Shown one piece after another: positions 48,343-56,567 of a stretch of 59,246 bases of DNA. The notes beneath the pieces were generated by a model. It was not told the origin of the DNA. It saw only the letters and a list, made by a program, of their open reading frames with translations, and searched no databases. The stretch covers positions 1-59,246 of IMG/VR virus record IMGVR_UViG_3300029309_000034; one strand, given 5' to 3'. Each line of letters starts with the position of its first letter. Position 1 is the first letter of the stretch. The stretch is from a virus (lineage: Duplodnaviria > Caudoviricetes). The position numbers were made by a program, and so were the translations under genes.

Positions 48343-48545
48343 AGTTTTTCTCCGTTGTTAACATCGTCATTATTCTCTTTGACATCAGTTATTAAATTTG
48401 CAGATACTTCAATTATTTCTAAATCAGTCGCAGTATATTGTTCTAAAAGTTGATTACCACGCATTACATTAATTCGTAAATCTCCGTTCCAATCATCTTC
48501 GTGTATTTCTACTGCTACTTTAATCATTGTAAATTGTTTTGCCAT
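48339..48545 (-). CDS. Hypothetical protein
   Basis: GGAG RBS directly after palindrome copy 2. Confidence 0.65.
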   Translation of the reverse strand: MAKQFTMIKVAVEIHEDDWNGDLRINVMRGNQLLEQYTATDLEIIEVSANLITDVKENNDDVNNGEKL

Positions 48546-48563
48546 TTTAATTACTCCATAGTT

Positions 48564-48583
48564 TTCCCGTTAGCTTACGGGAA
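48564..48583. promoter_or_regulatory. Palindrome copy 2 (intergenic)
   Basis: TTCCCGT tagctt ACGGGAA. Confidence 0.9.
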
Positions 48584-48592
48584 TATTTAGTA

Positions 48593-49681
48593 TTAATTAA
48601 ATTTAGATAGTATCTCGTCAATGCCTTGCTTGACATCTTCTCTGGTACTATCACTCTCACGCAATAACTCGGTACTGACACCACCAATTACTTTTTCCAA
48701 GTCATCAACTGCATTCTGCAACTTAATGCTTTGCTCGTTGTCGGTTGGTCTAAAGTTCTTGATAGTATTTACTAATGCTTTTGCTCGTTCAAAGGTTGTG
48801 TCAAAAATAGCTCGTTTTCTAAAGATAGGCTTACCCTCTTTGTCAACACTTTCATTGTGTCCACAACAATGTGAAATACTTTTCATCACATCAACAATAC
48901 GATTGACTTGTGTGTCAATAACGTTATGCACAATGTTATCTGCCTGTTGTTGATATTCTGCCTTTAGATTTTCTGCTGTGTCTTGTGCCACTTGACATCT
49001 AAAATCGTGGCTTGGTACTTCCGATACATACAATCGCATATTAAACTTTTGTCGTAACTCCTCAATACTTGGATAGTCATTCTTATCAAACATATCACCT
49101 TGTTTAAATGCCTCATCACTTACAAGAGTTTGATAGTTGTCCAGAAAGTCCTCTACTGCTGTAGTAAATTCACTCTCATACTTATCATACTCTTTCTTGA
49201 ATTTTTCAAGGTCAACTGTTGGTAGCAAGTCTTGAGCATTGTTCCACCTATAAGTAGAGTGCTTGAGCCATTTAAGTATCAACTGTCGTAACTTCACAAT
49301 CCTATGGTGTTTAGGATTTTTAGCAAACAGATACTTGGTAACTTTCGCAGTACCCATTTCTGCTTTTTTCATAGTCGTTACTTCATCAGAGATACCTCTG
49401 TCTTGCTTGGTTGCAGTCCACACATTGACATCAACTGACACCAACATGCTTGATGTTGCCAACGACACAATGTGTTCTGGTTGTTGTAGCTTATAGCTAT
49501 CTGTGGTTATACTACTTTCTTTTTTTAACATAGTTTTTACTCCTGTTGTAATAATTGTTTCAGTTTTACATTCTTGACAAACAAAAGGCACACACCCATA
49601 TTTGACATCATGTTCATCATGCTTTGTTTCTTTTTTACAAGTTTCGCAAAATCTCCACTCATACCATTCTTCTTCTGTCAT
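48593..49681 (-). CDS. DUF3150-like helical protein with in-frame N-terminal zinc ribbon (second start at 49531)
   Basis: V.V.V..WT..K.D and F...DYP..EEL..KF motifs; two RBS leaders, before 49681 and 49531. Confidence 0.65.
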   Translation of the reverse strand: MTEEEWYEWRFCETCKKETKHDEHDVKYGCVPFVCQECKTETIITTGVKTMLKKESSITTDSYKLQQPEHIVSLATSSMLVSVDVNVWTATKQDRGISDEVTTMKKAEMGTAKVTKYLFAKNPKHHRIVKLRQLILKWLKHSTYRWNNAQDLLPTVDLEKFKKEYDKYESEFTTAVEDFLDNYQTLVSDEAFKQGDMFDKNDYPSIEELRQKFNMRLYVSEVPSHDFRCQVAQDTAENLKAEYQQQADNIVHNVIDTQVNRIVDVMKSISHCCGHNESVDKEGKPIFRKRAIFDTTFERAKALVNTIKNFRPTDNEQSIKLQNAVDDLEKVIGGVSTELLRESDSTREDVKQGIDEILSKFN

Positions 49682-49707
49682 AGTTTTTCTCCCATAGTTT
49701 AAATTAA

Positions 49708-50895
49708 TTAATCATACTGCACGACAATACTTCCAGTCGTACCTTTAAAGTCTTTGTTACCCTTAACAATGTGTAGTGTGGGTGTAGACATATTCCAATC
49801 AATATCATGCTCCACCCAGCCGTCAGTAAACACAATGATTGCCTCTGCTTGTATTCGTTCCTTTGTGATGTATTCACTAACACAAGATAGTCTAGTGCCA
49901 CCACCACCCTCAACTTTAAGTACCTTGCTTATATTTTCGTATTGGTCTGGTCTGAATATCTGCTCACTACATACCTCATAATCCCACCACAATACTCGTA
50001 TTAAGTCTGGTGTAACTGTGTCTACGATACTCTGCAATTCGGTAGCAAAGATTGTCAGTTCTTCTTGACCGATACTTCCAGAAGTATCACATGCAATCAC
50101 CAGCTCACCTACACTTTCGTTTTCCATAGAGGGTAGATACAAGTCATTAGGTAACATTCGCTTGTTAAACTTTCGCCAAGTAAACTCGTCATTACCCTTA
50201 CAGGTTGATGATATAAACTCCCTCATCATTTCTCGCCAATCAAGTTTTGGCTCAAACAGTTCGTCAATAGCTCGTGGTATTTTCTTACCAAGTTTACCTG
50301 CAAGTATCCCACCCTCTTTGAGTGCGTTTTCAATTTTCTGTGTCATTTCTCTCTGTTCTTGAGGTGTCATAGTCTGACTGCTATCGCCAAAGTCGTGTTC
50401 ATCAAGAGGTTCAAGATTTCCCGTATGCTCACGGGAATTTCCATTTCCGTTTCCGTTTTCGTCTTTATCTTGTTCCTCTAAGTCTCGCAGTATCTCGTTG
50501 ACTGACCAATTATGATACTTCTCTTCATACAAACAACCATCGGGAAGTTTGCACAATGATGTATCCTCTAGGTGCACAATTACATCATTCACTACGTAAT
50601 CAGCACACACATTCATATGATATGGATTTTTCTTAAACTGTTGCTTAAACCTACTGACATGATTAAGTGCCACGTGCAAATTCTCGTGCAAGACCAATGC
50701 TCGTAGTTCTTCATCTGTCAGTCCCTCAACAAACTTTCTGCCATAGAATTTGTTGTAGCCGTCAGTCTTTGCAGTTGGACAATCATCTACAATCTCATTC
50801 TTACCCATGAGAATTATCCCAGAATACAATGCGGTTTCTGGGTGTTTCATCAGACTAATATGAGCTTTCTTTAGCCGTTCTTCGGTTGTTATCAT
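49708..50895 (-). CDS. Metallopeptidase plus vWA protein (DUF2201-like)
   Basis: TAKTDG, LHENLH, N...DYVVN; MIDAS DTSGS, GGGGT, FTDG; start MITTEER after AGGAG. Confidence 0.85.
   Translation of the reverse strand: MITTEERLKKAHISLMKHPETALYSGIILMGKNEIVDDCPTAKTDGYNKFYGRKFVEGLTDEELRALVLHENLHVALNHVSRFKQQFKKNPYHMNVCADYVVNDVIVHLEDTSLCKLPDGCLYEEKYHNWSVNEILRDLEEQDKDENGNGNGNSREHTGNLEPLDEHDFGDSSQTMTPQEQREMTQKIENALKEGGILAGKLGKKIPRAIDELFEPKLDWREMMREFISSTCKGNDEFTWRKFNKRMLPNDLYLPSMENESVGELVIACDTSGSIGQEELTIFATELQSIVDTVTPDLIRVLWWDYEVCSEQIFRPDQYENISKVLKVEGGGGTRLSCVSEYITKERIQAEAIIVFTDGWVEHDIDWNMSTPTLHIVKGNKDFKGTTGSIVVQYD
50418..50437. promoter_or_regulatory. Palindrome copy 3 (intragenic, in a low-complexity linker)
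   Basis: TTCCCGT atgctc ACGGGAA. Confidence 0.85.
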
Positions 50896-50914
50896 AATAT
50901 TTCTCCTATCATAA

Positions 50915-51979
50915 TTACATAATGTTAAAGTTATCCACAGCCCAGTCTGCAATCTCTTTGTTACCTCTAGCAATCTTGACTGTGCGTGAGTTTTTCATAA
51001 GCATAGTAAAGAAAATAGCTTGTATCTCATTACTCGCCATGCGATTGACAAACTTCATAAATGCAGTCAAGTCGCTTTGCTGTTTGACTTTATCAACAGC
51101 TTGGAACATCAACATCAGTTGAGCCGAAATACTTTCTGGCACAGGAGTTGACTCTGGCTCTTTGAGTACGTCATCAAAGGTCGGTAGCTCTTTCTCAAGT
51201 CGTAGAAAAGCCGACATATCAGCACTCGCACTCTGACCGATTGTGCCACTCAATGCACACATAGTTAGATTGTCGCCTAGCTTATCCCTGTTATCCACAA
51301 TCACACTAGCTTTTTCTAGTGAACGTGGACTGACAAAAGACAATATAGGTTTTTTTGGATTAAAAATGTAAGGATTATCCTCTTGCCCCTCGTCTCGGTA
51401 ACTCGCAAGACATCTAGCGAATGTATGTACGAATGCTCGTATCAAAGGACTAACTCCATTTTCAGTCGCCCATACTAGCCAATCTTCTACTTGTGGTTTT
51501 TGCATTTCCACAATGCACACTCTGTTACCAGCATGTGCCAATACTGAGTCGCCCAAACCGTCAGCTTGATTGTTAGAAGTACCAAACACAATACTTCCTT
51601 TTGGTAGAGGTGTATCACCTACAGTTCTTTCCAACATCATTCTAGTATAAAGTGTCTGACATAACCTAGGCGATTTCATAAACTCATCTAATAGTATGAA
51701 CTTAGGTTTATCACTATCAAGTTTAAACAATGAGCCAGTATAATTGTCTAATGTTTTAGTATTATGGTTAGGAATAGTCATAGCAATATCTGACATATCC
51801 TTGACTGGACAATCTACATAAATGTAGTCGTACTTATCTCCATATTTTTTCTCAATCGCTTTGAGTAAACTTGTCTTACCGCAACCAGGCTCACTCTGTA
51901 TGATTACTGTTAGCTTCTCTCCAATGGTGGGTATTAGAGTTTCACACTCTTTAATTGTTGCTCTTAATTGTATAGCCAT
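50915..51979 (-). CDS. MoxR/CbbQ-like AAA+ ATPase
   Basis: Walker A SEPGCGKT, Walker B LLDE, TSN sensor, NR finger, SPRS. Confidence 0.85.
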   Translation of the reverse strand: MAIQLRATIKECETLIPTIGEKLTVIIQSEPGCGKTSLLKAIEKKYGDKYDYIYVDCPVKDMSDIAMTIPNHNTKTLDNYTGSLFKLDSDKPKFILLDEFMKSPRLCQTLYTRMMLERTVGDTPLPKGSIVFGTSNNQADGLGDSVLAHAGNRVCIVEMQKPQVEDWLVWATENGVSPLIRAFVHTFARCLASYRDEGQEDNPYIFNPKKPILSFVSPRSLEKASVIVDNRDKLGDNLTMCALSGTIGQSASADMSAFLRLEKELPTFDDVLKEPESTPVPESISAQLMLMFQAVDKVKQQSDLTAFMKFVNRMASNEIQAIFFTMLMKNSRTVKIARGNKEIADWAVDNFNIM

Positions 51980-51984
51980 AGTTT

Positions 51985-52131
51985 TTACTCCTGTGGTTTC
52001 CCACTATTTGAGGCATATCTGCCTGTTCTGTTTTCTAAGTCTTTCATATCTTGGTGTTGCAGTATCATTAGTAACCCAATAGCTGTTACTATCAATCCTA
52101 ATGCAAACCCTATTACAAACATCATTATCAT
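51985..52131 (-). CDS. 48-aa membrane peptide (not in ORF track)
   Basis: GGAGTAAAAACTATG leader; MIMMFVIGFALGLIVTAIGLLMIL...; stop lies inside the next gene's leader. Confidence 0.7.
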   Translation of the reverse strand: MIMMFVIGFALGLIVTAIGLLMILQHQDMKDLENRTGRYASNSGKPQE

Positions 52132-52151
52132 AGTTTTTACTCCTGTGGTTT

Positions 52152-52171
52152 TTCCCGTATGCTGACGGGAA
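52152..52171. promoter_or_regulatory. Palindrome copy 4 (intergenic)
   Basis: TTCCCGT atgctg ACGGGAA. Confidence 0.9.
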
Positions 52172-52172
52172 T

Positions 52173-52628
52173 TTAAGTTATTAATTTATTGTCTGGGTCG
52201 AATGTAAGCTCAAATACTTCAATATAAGGTTTTGATATACAAGCCAAGTTGTAACCCATATCACCATAGCACTCTTCCACTAAGTCAGAAGTTTCTTCAC
52301 CCACTCGTAGAAAACAAGCCGACATTCCAAACTTATCGTCCTCGCAGTAATGACTTGCTTTACCGATAATACAATTATAACTCTGTACCCATTCATCTGT
52401 GTCGTACCACTTGACATCTTGAAAATGCACATACAAAGAGCAGTTTTTCATATCAATCCCATTTTCCCCAAGCTCCTCGTGCTTTTTGCCATTCATAAGT
52501 TCACGCATAGCCATATCACATTTAGGGTCAGATTTAAGTTCAGCGATAAACAAGTGCCAATTCCTAACACTTTCCTTATCATTGTCATCCATTTGTACAG
52601 CTATACAAACTTCACTACGATATCCCAT
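52173..52628 (-). CDS. Hypothetical early protein
   Basis: MGYRSEV, VKWY, F.RVGEE..D.E motifs. Confidence 0.75.
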   Translation of the reverse strand: MGYRSEVCIAVQMDDNDKESVRNWHLFIAELKSDPKCDMAMRELMNGKKHEELGENGIDMKNCSLYVHFQDVKWYDTDEWVQSYNCIIGKASHYCEDDKFGMSACFLRVGEETSDLVEECYGDMGYNLACISKPYIEVFELTFDPDNKLIT

Positions 52629-52629
52629 A

Positions 52630-52737
52630 CTAACCCCCTATGCTACGCATGTAGACTGTTACAGCACAAGATACCACCACTAACAAGGGTATAAGTGCTA
52701 TAATCGTTAACTTAAAATATATTATTAGTTTATCCAT
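52630..52737 (-). CDS. 35-aa membrane peptide (not in ORF track)
   Basis: GGAG RBS; MDKLIIYFKLTIIALIPLLVVVSCAVTVYMRSIGG. Confidence 0.5.
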   Translation of the reverse strand: MDKLIIYFKLTIIALIPLLVVVSCAVTVYMRSIGG

Positions 52738-52840
52738 TTTCACTCTCCTGTTGTTCTAACTTCAAAAGTTCATTAGCATACTCAAGTTCATAATCGTATT
52801 CTTCGTCATTGTCTTGATATTGAAACACTTCTTTACTCAT
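52730..52840 (-). CDS. 36-aa very acidic peptide (not in ORF track)
   Basis: GAGGTAAACTATG leader; MSKEVFQYQDNDEEYDYELEYANELLKLEQQESENG. Confidence 0.55.
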   Translation of the reverse strand: MSKEVFQYQDNDEEYDYELEYANELLKLEQQESENG

Positions 52841-52843
52841 AGT

Positions 52844-53110
52844 TTACCTCTCTGATTTTTTAGATAATACATTGTATGTTTTAGGTGGTGCGACTTTCTG
52901 ATATGGTTGGAACCAATTAATATGTCCTTTGACTGCACCGACTAATTCTGGTTTATCCCATGGTTCTCTGTCCCTATATTCTGGTGTTGCGGACATTAAT
53001 TGCTCGAACATTCCATCAATATCCTCTTGCGTGTGTATGTTGCCGTCTGGATACACATGTAAAAATCCAAGTACATTATCGTCTTTTACTACTAAAGTTA
53101 ATTTTGACAT
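52844..53110 (-). CDS. Hypothetical protein
   Basis: GAGG RBS. Confidence 0.7.
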   Translation of the reverse strand: MSKLTLVVKDDNVLGFLHVYPDGNIHTQEDIDGMFEQLMSATPEYRDREPWDKPELVGAVKGHINWFQPYQKVAPPKTYNVLSKKSER

Positions 53111-53128
53111 TATATTTACCTCTCTGTG

Positions 53129-53299
53129 TTAAGTTTGTTTGTTGTCATCTTTACCCCCTTGCACATACTCATGCAATATTTTGATTTGTTCCTCTCTCGT
53201 AAAACTTTTAGCTATGTATTGTTTGAGTGCTATTTCATACTCTTCTTTAGTTACATTAGGTCTATTCATCTCCCACCATAGATATGCAAAGTCAGTCAT
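53129..53299 (-). CDS. 56-aa hypothetical protein (not in ORF track)
   Basis: GAGGTG RBS; MTDFAYLWWEMNRPNVTKEEY... Confidence 0.55.
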   Translation of the reverse strand: MTDFAYLWWEMNRPNVTKEEYEIALKQYIAKSFTREEQIKILHEYVQGGKDDNKQT

Positions 53300-53444
53300 C
53301 TTTCACCTCTTCGTCATCTATTATCTCTACATCAAAATCACCTGCAAAACTTGTGGCTAACTCAATAGCGTTTTCTATGTAATTGTCATCATCTTTTACT
53401 TCAACATCTTTATAAACTCTTACTGTTATGTACTCTTCACTCAT
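53292..53444 (-). CDS. 50-aa very acidic protein (not in ORF track)
   Basis: GGGAG RBS; MSEEYITVRVYKDVEVKDDDNYIENAIELA... Confidence 0.6.
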   Translation of the reverse strand: MSEEYITVRVYKDVEVKDDDNYIENAIELATSFAGDFDVEIIDDEEVKDD

Positions 53445-53868
53445 CTGTAAAATTCTCCCATTCGTCTGGTATTAATTGTTTAATATCTATTTTAAATCCT
53501 TCTTCCATATTATTGTAAAGATAGTCTGCAATTTTTCGGACTACTTTAACTGTCACATATTTATATCTTAAGTCCATTCGTAAAAGAATTTCTGTAGTCT
53601 GCTGTGACACTTCTGTAAACCTTCCAAACTCATTAAATCGTATTGAGTGTTTTTTCAAATATTGTACTAATACTGAAGTATCTACTTTTATTCTTGTGAA
53701 TGACCCCGAAATGTACCTACCCTTATTTTTTAATTTATATCTTTGCCTAACTATTGGGTGTTGTCTTTTAGGTTCATCAATATCGTTATAATTTTTATGG
53801 TGTTTCATTTGTATATTTTTCATTTGTATACCTAATTTTGTATTAATTTCGGTAGTTAAAATATTCAT
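53437..53868 (-). CDS. Hypothetical basic protein
   Basis: ATGA coupling; AT-rich ORF. Confidence 0.65.
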   Translation of the reverse strand: MNILTTEINTKLGIQMKNIQMKHHKNYNDIDEPKRQHPIVRQRYKLKNKGRYISGSFTRIKVDTSVLVQYLKKHSIRFNEFGRFTEVSQQTTEILLRMDLRYKYVTVKVVRKIADYLYNNMEEGFKIDIKQLIPDEWENFTDE

Positions 53869-54080
53869 CTGTGAAATCCCCCTTTGTTGTTAATACCCTT
53901 TAAGTCTTTTAAGTCGCTAACTACAACATAGTTGGATTTGTGCATAGGTGCGATTGTGTGCTTTACTTTTCTGGCTTGAGTTTCCCCACAATCTAGGCAG
54001 GTGGTGAACCCTGCCTCTAATCGTTTCTTGCTGTAATATGCACCACAGCTAGAACAGATTGCTTTCATTGATTTACTCAT
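53865..54080 (-). CDS. DksA/TraR-type C4 zinc finger protein
   Basis: CSSCG...KRLEAG..TCLDC. Confidence 0.7.
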   Translation of the reverse strand: MSKSMKAICSSCGAYYSKKRLEAGFTTCLDCGETQARKVKHTIAPMHKSNYVVVSDLKDLKGINNKGGFHR

Positions 54081-54099
54081 AGTTTTTACTCCCGTGATT

Positions 54100-54119
54100 T
54101 TCCCGTATGCTGACGGGAA
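54100..54119. promoter_or_regulatory. Palindrome copy 5 (intergenic)
   Basis: TTCCCGT atgctg ACGGGAA. Confidence 0.9.
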
Positions 54120-54122
54120 TTG

Positions 54123-54497
54123 TTATCTTGTTAAGAATGCGACCTCTTGTGTTGCTTTGCGTTCCATATACCTCATCATAGAGCCACATCTTATATACTC
54201 TTTCATTTCGGCAGTATCTAGCCAACAATGTATTTTCTCATTAGGTCTACATTGTGATTGATGTTTTGAAGTTGAAGATGAATAGCTACCTTGATTGCCT
54301 ATCCATATCCCAGCTTGTCGGTCATAGATGTACATAGGAAAATGATATCCATAGCTATATACGACATATAACCCTTCATCATCAAAGGATACTTTATTTT
54401 CTGCAAAGATACTTGCGTCAGCATATCTATTATATGAGCCCTTAAATTCTTTCAGCTCGTTGACATATTTTTTTGCGTTTTTATTTGCTACTCTCAT
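54123..54497 (-). CDS. Hypothetical early protein
   Basis: YVVYSYG.HFP and YS.STSKHQ motifs; GGAGCAAAACTATG leader. Confidence 0.75.
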   Translation of the reverse strand: MRVANKNAKKYVNELKEFKGSYNRYADASIFAENKVSFDDEGLYVVYSYGYHFPMYIYDRQAGIWIGNQGSYSSSTSKHQSQCRPNEKIHCWLDTAEMKEYIRCGSMMRYMERKATQEVAFLTR

Positions 54498-54515
54498 AGT
54501 TTTGCTCCTGTAATT

Positions 54516-54535
54516 TTCCCGTTAGCTTACGGGAA
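54516..54535. promoter_or_regulatory. Palindrome copy 6 (intergenic)
   Basis: TTCCCGT tagctt ACGGGAA. Confidence 0.9.
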
Positions 54536-54679
54536 TAGTTAGTTAATATTAGTCGTCTGGTTTTTAAATATATTTGTACCATTATGACTATTATACTATA
54601 GGTCAAGTGATAAGTACAGTGTTCTGCACTTTTAATACAATCTAAATGAGCTGATGTTTTTCACTATCCTAACATGACT

Positions 54680-54718
54680 ACTACACTAACTACACCAACT
54701 ACATCAACCACATCAACC
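54680..54718. repeat. Degenerate 9-bp tandem repeat, 4 copies
   Basis: actacacta actacacca actacatca accacatca acc. Confidence 0.8.
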
Positions 54719-54765
54719 TGTGATTATCCTGCGGACATCAGGTCAGGGTTAGTGTTATGTATCGC

Positions 54766-54998
54766 TGTAAACTTTTGCTGTTGGTATAAACTCAGGCTCT
54801 TCTGCCTAGCCATAAAACTAAGTTTTTTGTTATTGTGAACTTTTGTTGGTGGTGTAAAACTGTTTCATCATCTCCTTGTTTATTCTGTATGTTTTTTATG
54901 AGTGTAAACTTTTGTTGGTGGTGTAAAACTCTACGGCTCGTATACGTCCAGCGTCTTAAGTTATCTATTGTAGTATACATCTGACTGCGATTAAAACT
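54766..54998. repeat. Regularly interspaced 27-28 bp repeats (period 68-69 bp)
   Basis: TGTRAACTTTTGYTGKTGGTRTAAA(A)CT at 54766, 54834 and 54903; degenerate copy near 54973; 41-bp spacers. Confidence 0.8.
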
Positions 54999-55117
54999 TA
55001 AAGGTCGATTCCCATTGTTCAGACTCTAACTTTGTGTCTTTCTCCCTATCTAAATGTTACTCTCATAAAAACTTAATAGAGGCTACGATGCTAGATAGTG
55101 TCGCTTTCTGCTAGTTT

Positions 55118-55137
55118 TCCCCGTAAATTTACGGGAA
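55118..55137. promoter_or_regulatory. Palindrome copy 7 (one mismatch)
   Basis: TCCCCGT aaattt ACGGGAA. Confidence 0.75.
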
Positions 55138-55140
55138 TCT

Positions 55141-55500
55141 GCGGTTCACGGTTCACAAAGGGGTCAACTTTACATATAGAACTGGAACCGAACATTTTGT
55201 CGAGCTGTAGTCAGACTTAAGTGTCTGTTTTATTTAAAGTATAGTATAGTATATATTAAGTTTATTTTAGTAATTTTATGGTCGGTTCCATAGTTCCTAT
55301 CTTTTTTATAGGACAAATCCTTTTTGCTACAAATACTACACCGCAAAAATCAGAGGCACGACTCCAAGTAATTTAAAAAACTTCTCACTATCTAAATAAA
55401 ATAGGAACTACGGAACTGGTCTTATATATCAAGCACTTAAGTAGGAACCAAAAAAGGAACTGAAGTACTTTACATATAGAACTGAACCTCACTATCCACA
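55141..55500. other. Candidate phage replication origin (GGAAC/GTTCC iterons, 18-bp direct repeat, IHF-like site)
   Basis: ACTTTACATATAGAACTG at 55167 and 55467; inverted repeat 55284-55300/55401-55417; TATCAAGCACTTA at 55427-55439. Confidence 0.45.
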
Positions 55501-55579
55501 TAGACCCACTATCTAACTGATAACTGGTGTTAAAAGTCTTGCTGAGGTTTTTCAAAAAAAATTCTAAAAAATTTTAGAC

Positions 55580-55613
55580 AAAAAAACCCCCGTATACTCA
55601 TAATATACAGGGG
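55580..55613 (-). terminator. Intrinsic terminator after the 220-aa gene
   Basis: Minus strand CCCCTGTATA-loop-TATACGGGGG followed by T7. Confidence 0.75.
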
Positions 55614-55639
55614 AAAAATAACTTCCATGTTAGTCCTAA

Positions 55640-56302
55640 TTATTCAATTACTTGAATATCGTTCTCATCTTTGAATTTTTGGATTTTATCCGCAATAACC
55701 TGTAAATCATTTTTAATAATTTTGTAAAATAATTTTTCATTTGCGGAATGTAAATCCTTATTTTTATCTAGTAAAGCATTAATTACAGGCGTTGAGGTTC
55801 TTGTAATATTTTTATCTAGATTGACAACAAGATGCTGTTTGATGGTGTTTTTCTTACTTTCACCTTTAGCCCTATTTTGTAATTTAGTAAACTTTCTTTT
55901 CATATTGCCGTCAGCATTTTCCAAAATACCACGTTCGGACTTATCGCCTACTTTATAACCTTTTAGAGTATTTGCGATTTCTTCAGTATATTTTGGTTTT
56001 CCTTTACCATCTGTTACTTTTAGAAAATCACCCTTTGAAAGTGGCAAGTCAAACATATCAACCTTGTTAGTAATAACATACTTGCTAATGTCTTCATCTT
56101 CCATGTAAACATTGATTTTAATAACAGAATGTAAGTCAACATCTACTTTTTTAAGTTCTCTCATACTTGAAACTTCAAGTAATGCAGGGTTACTTATTGC
56201 CATTTTTTGAGCTACACCCGTAGCTAGAATATCACTATCTTCAGAATTTTTTAAATGGTTACTGAAATTTTCCATTTGTTTATATAAGTTTTTAATACTC
56301 AT
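55640..56302 (-). CDS. Stand-alone early protein, 220 aa, unknown function
   Basis: GAGG RBS; own promoter and terminator; K/N-rich. Confidence 0.75.
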   Translation of the reverse strand: MSIKNLYKQMENFSNHLKNSEDSDILATGVAQKMAISNPALLEVSSMRELKKVDVDLHSVIKINVYMEDEDISKYVITNKVDMFDLPLSKGDFLKVTDGKGKPKYTEEIANTLKGYKVGDKSERGILENADGNMKRKFTKLQNRAKGESKKNTIKQHLVVNLDKNITRTSTPVINALLDKNKDLHSANEKLFYKIIKNDLQVIADKIQKFKDENDIQVIE

Positions 56303-56337
56303 TTTTATTCCCTCGTTTTAAAAGTTTAAGTTTAAAT

Positions 56338-56357
56338 TTCCCGTATGTTGACGGGAA
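56338..56357. promoter_or_regulatory. Palindrome copy 8 (5' leader of the 220-aa gene)
   Basis: TTCCCGT atgttg ACGGGAA. Confidence 0.9.
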
Positions 56358-56401
56358 ACCCCGTATAGTGAAATACAACTTTATTAATCACTATACCTTT
56401 T

Positions 56402-56429
56402 ACTATACACGAATGTATATAATTTACAA
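56402..56429 (-). promoter_or_regulatory. Sigma70-type promoter for the 220-aa gene
   Basis: TTGTAA, 16 nt, TATAGT on the minus strand. Confidence 0.45.
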
Positions 56430-56479
56430 TAGTAGAACACAAAAAAACTAAAATAAATGAGCCGTAAAAACTGGCGATG

Positions 56480-56560
56480 TAAGTTGTTGATTTTATTAAG
56501 AAATCCCGAAAGTATCCACAAGTTATCCACAGAGTTATCCACAGAATAATTTAAATTATT
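56480..56560. promoter_or_regulatory. IHF consensus site, three tandem DnaA boxes and AT-rich palindrome
   Basis: TAAGTTGTTGATT (56480-92, reverse of WATCAANNNNTTR); GTATCCACA 56512, TTATCCACA 56523 and 56535; AATAATTTAAATTATT 56545-60. Confidence 0.75.
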
Positions 56561-56567
56561 TTAAGAA

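Noticed and set aside
50931-51299. Two perfect DnaA boxes (50931 and 51291) inside the AAA+ gene
   Set aside because: Isolated and explained by Val-Asp-Asn codons; single 9-mers are expected by chance in an AT-rich genome
54575-54620. Early sigma70 promoter upstream of 54497
   Set aside because: TTGACC and TATAAT are present on the minus strand but only 5 nt apart; no clean -35/-10 pair could be assigned, although a promoter is likely nearby
54792-54980. 62-aa ORF with repeated VLHHQQKFT
   Set aside because: No clear RBS; the peptide repeat is a by-product of the DNA repeat array
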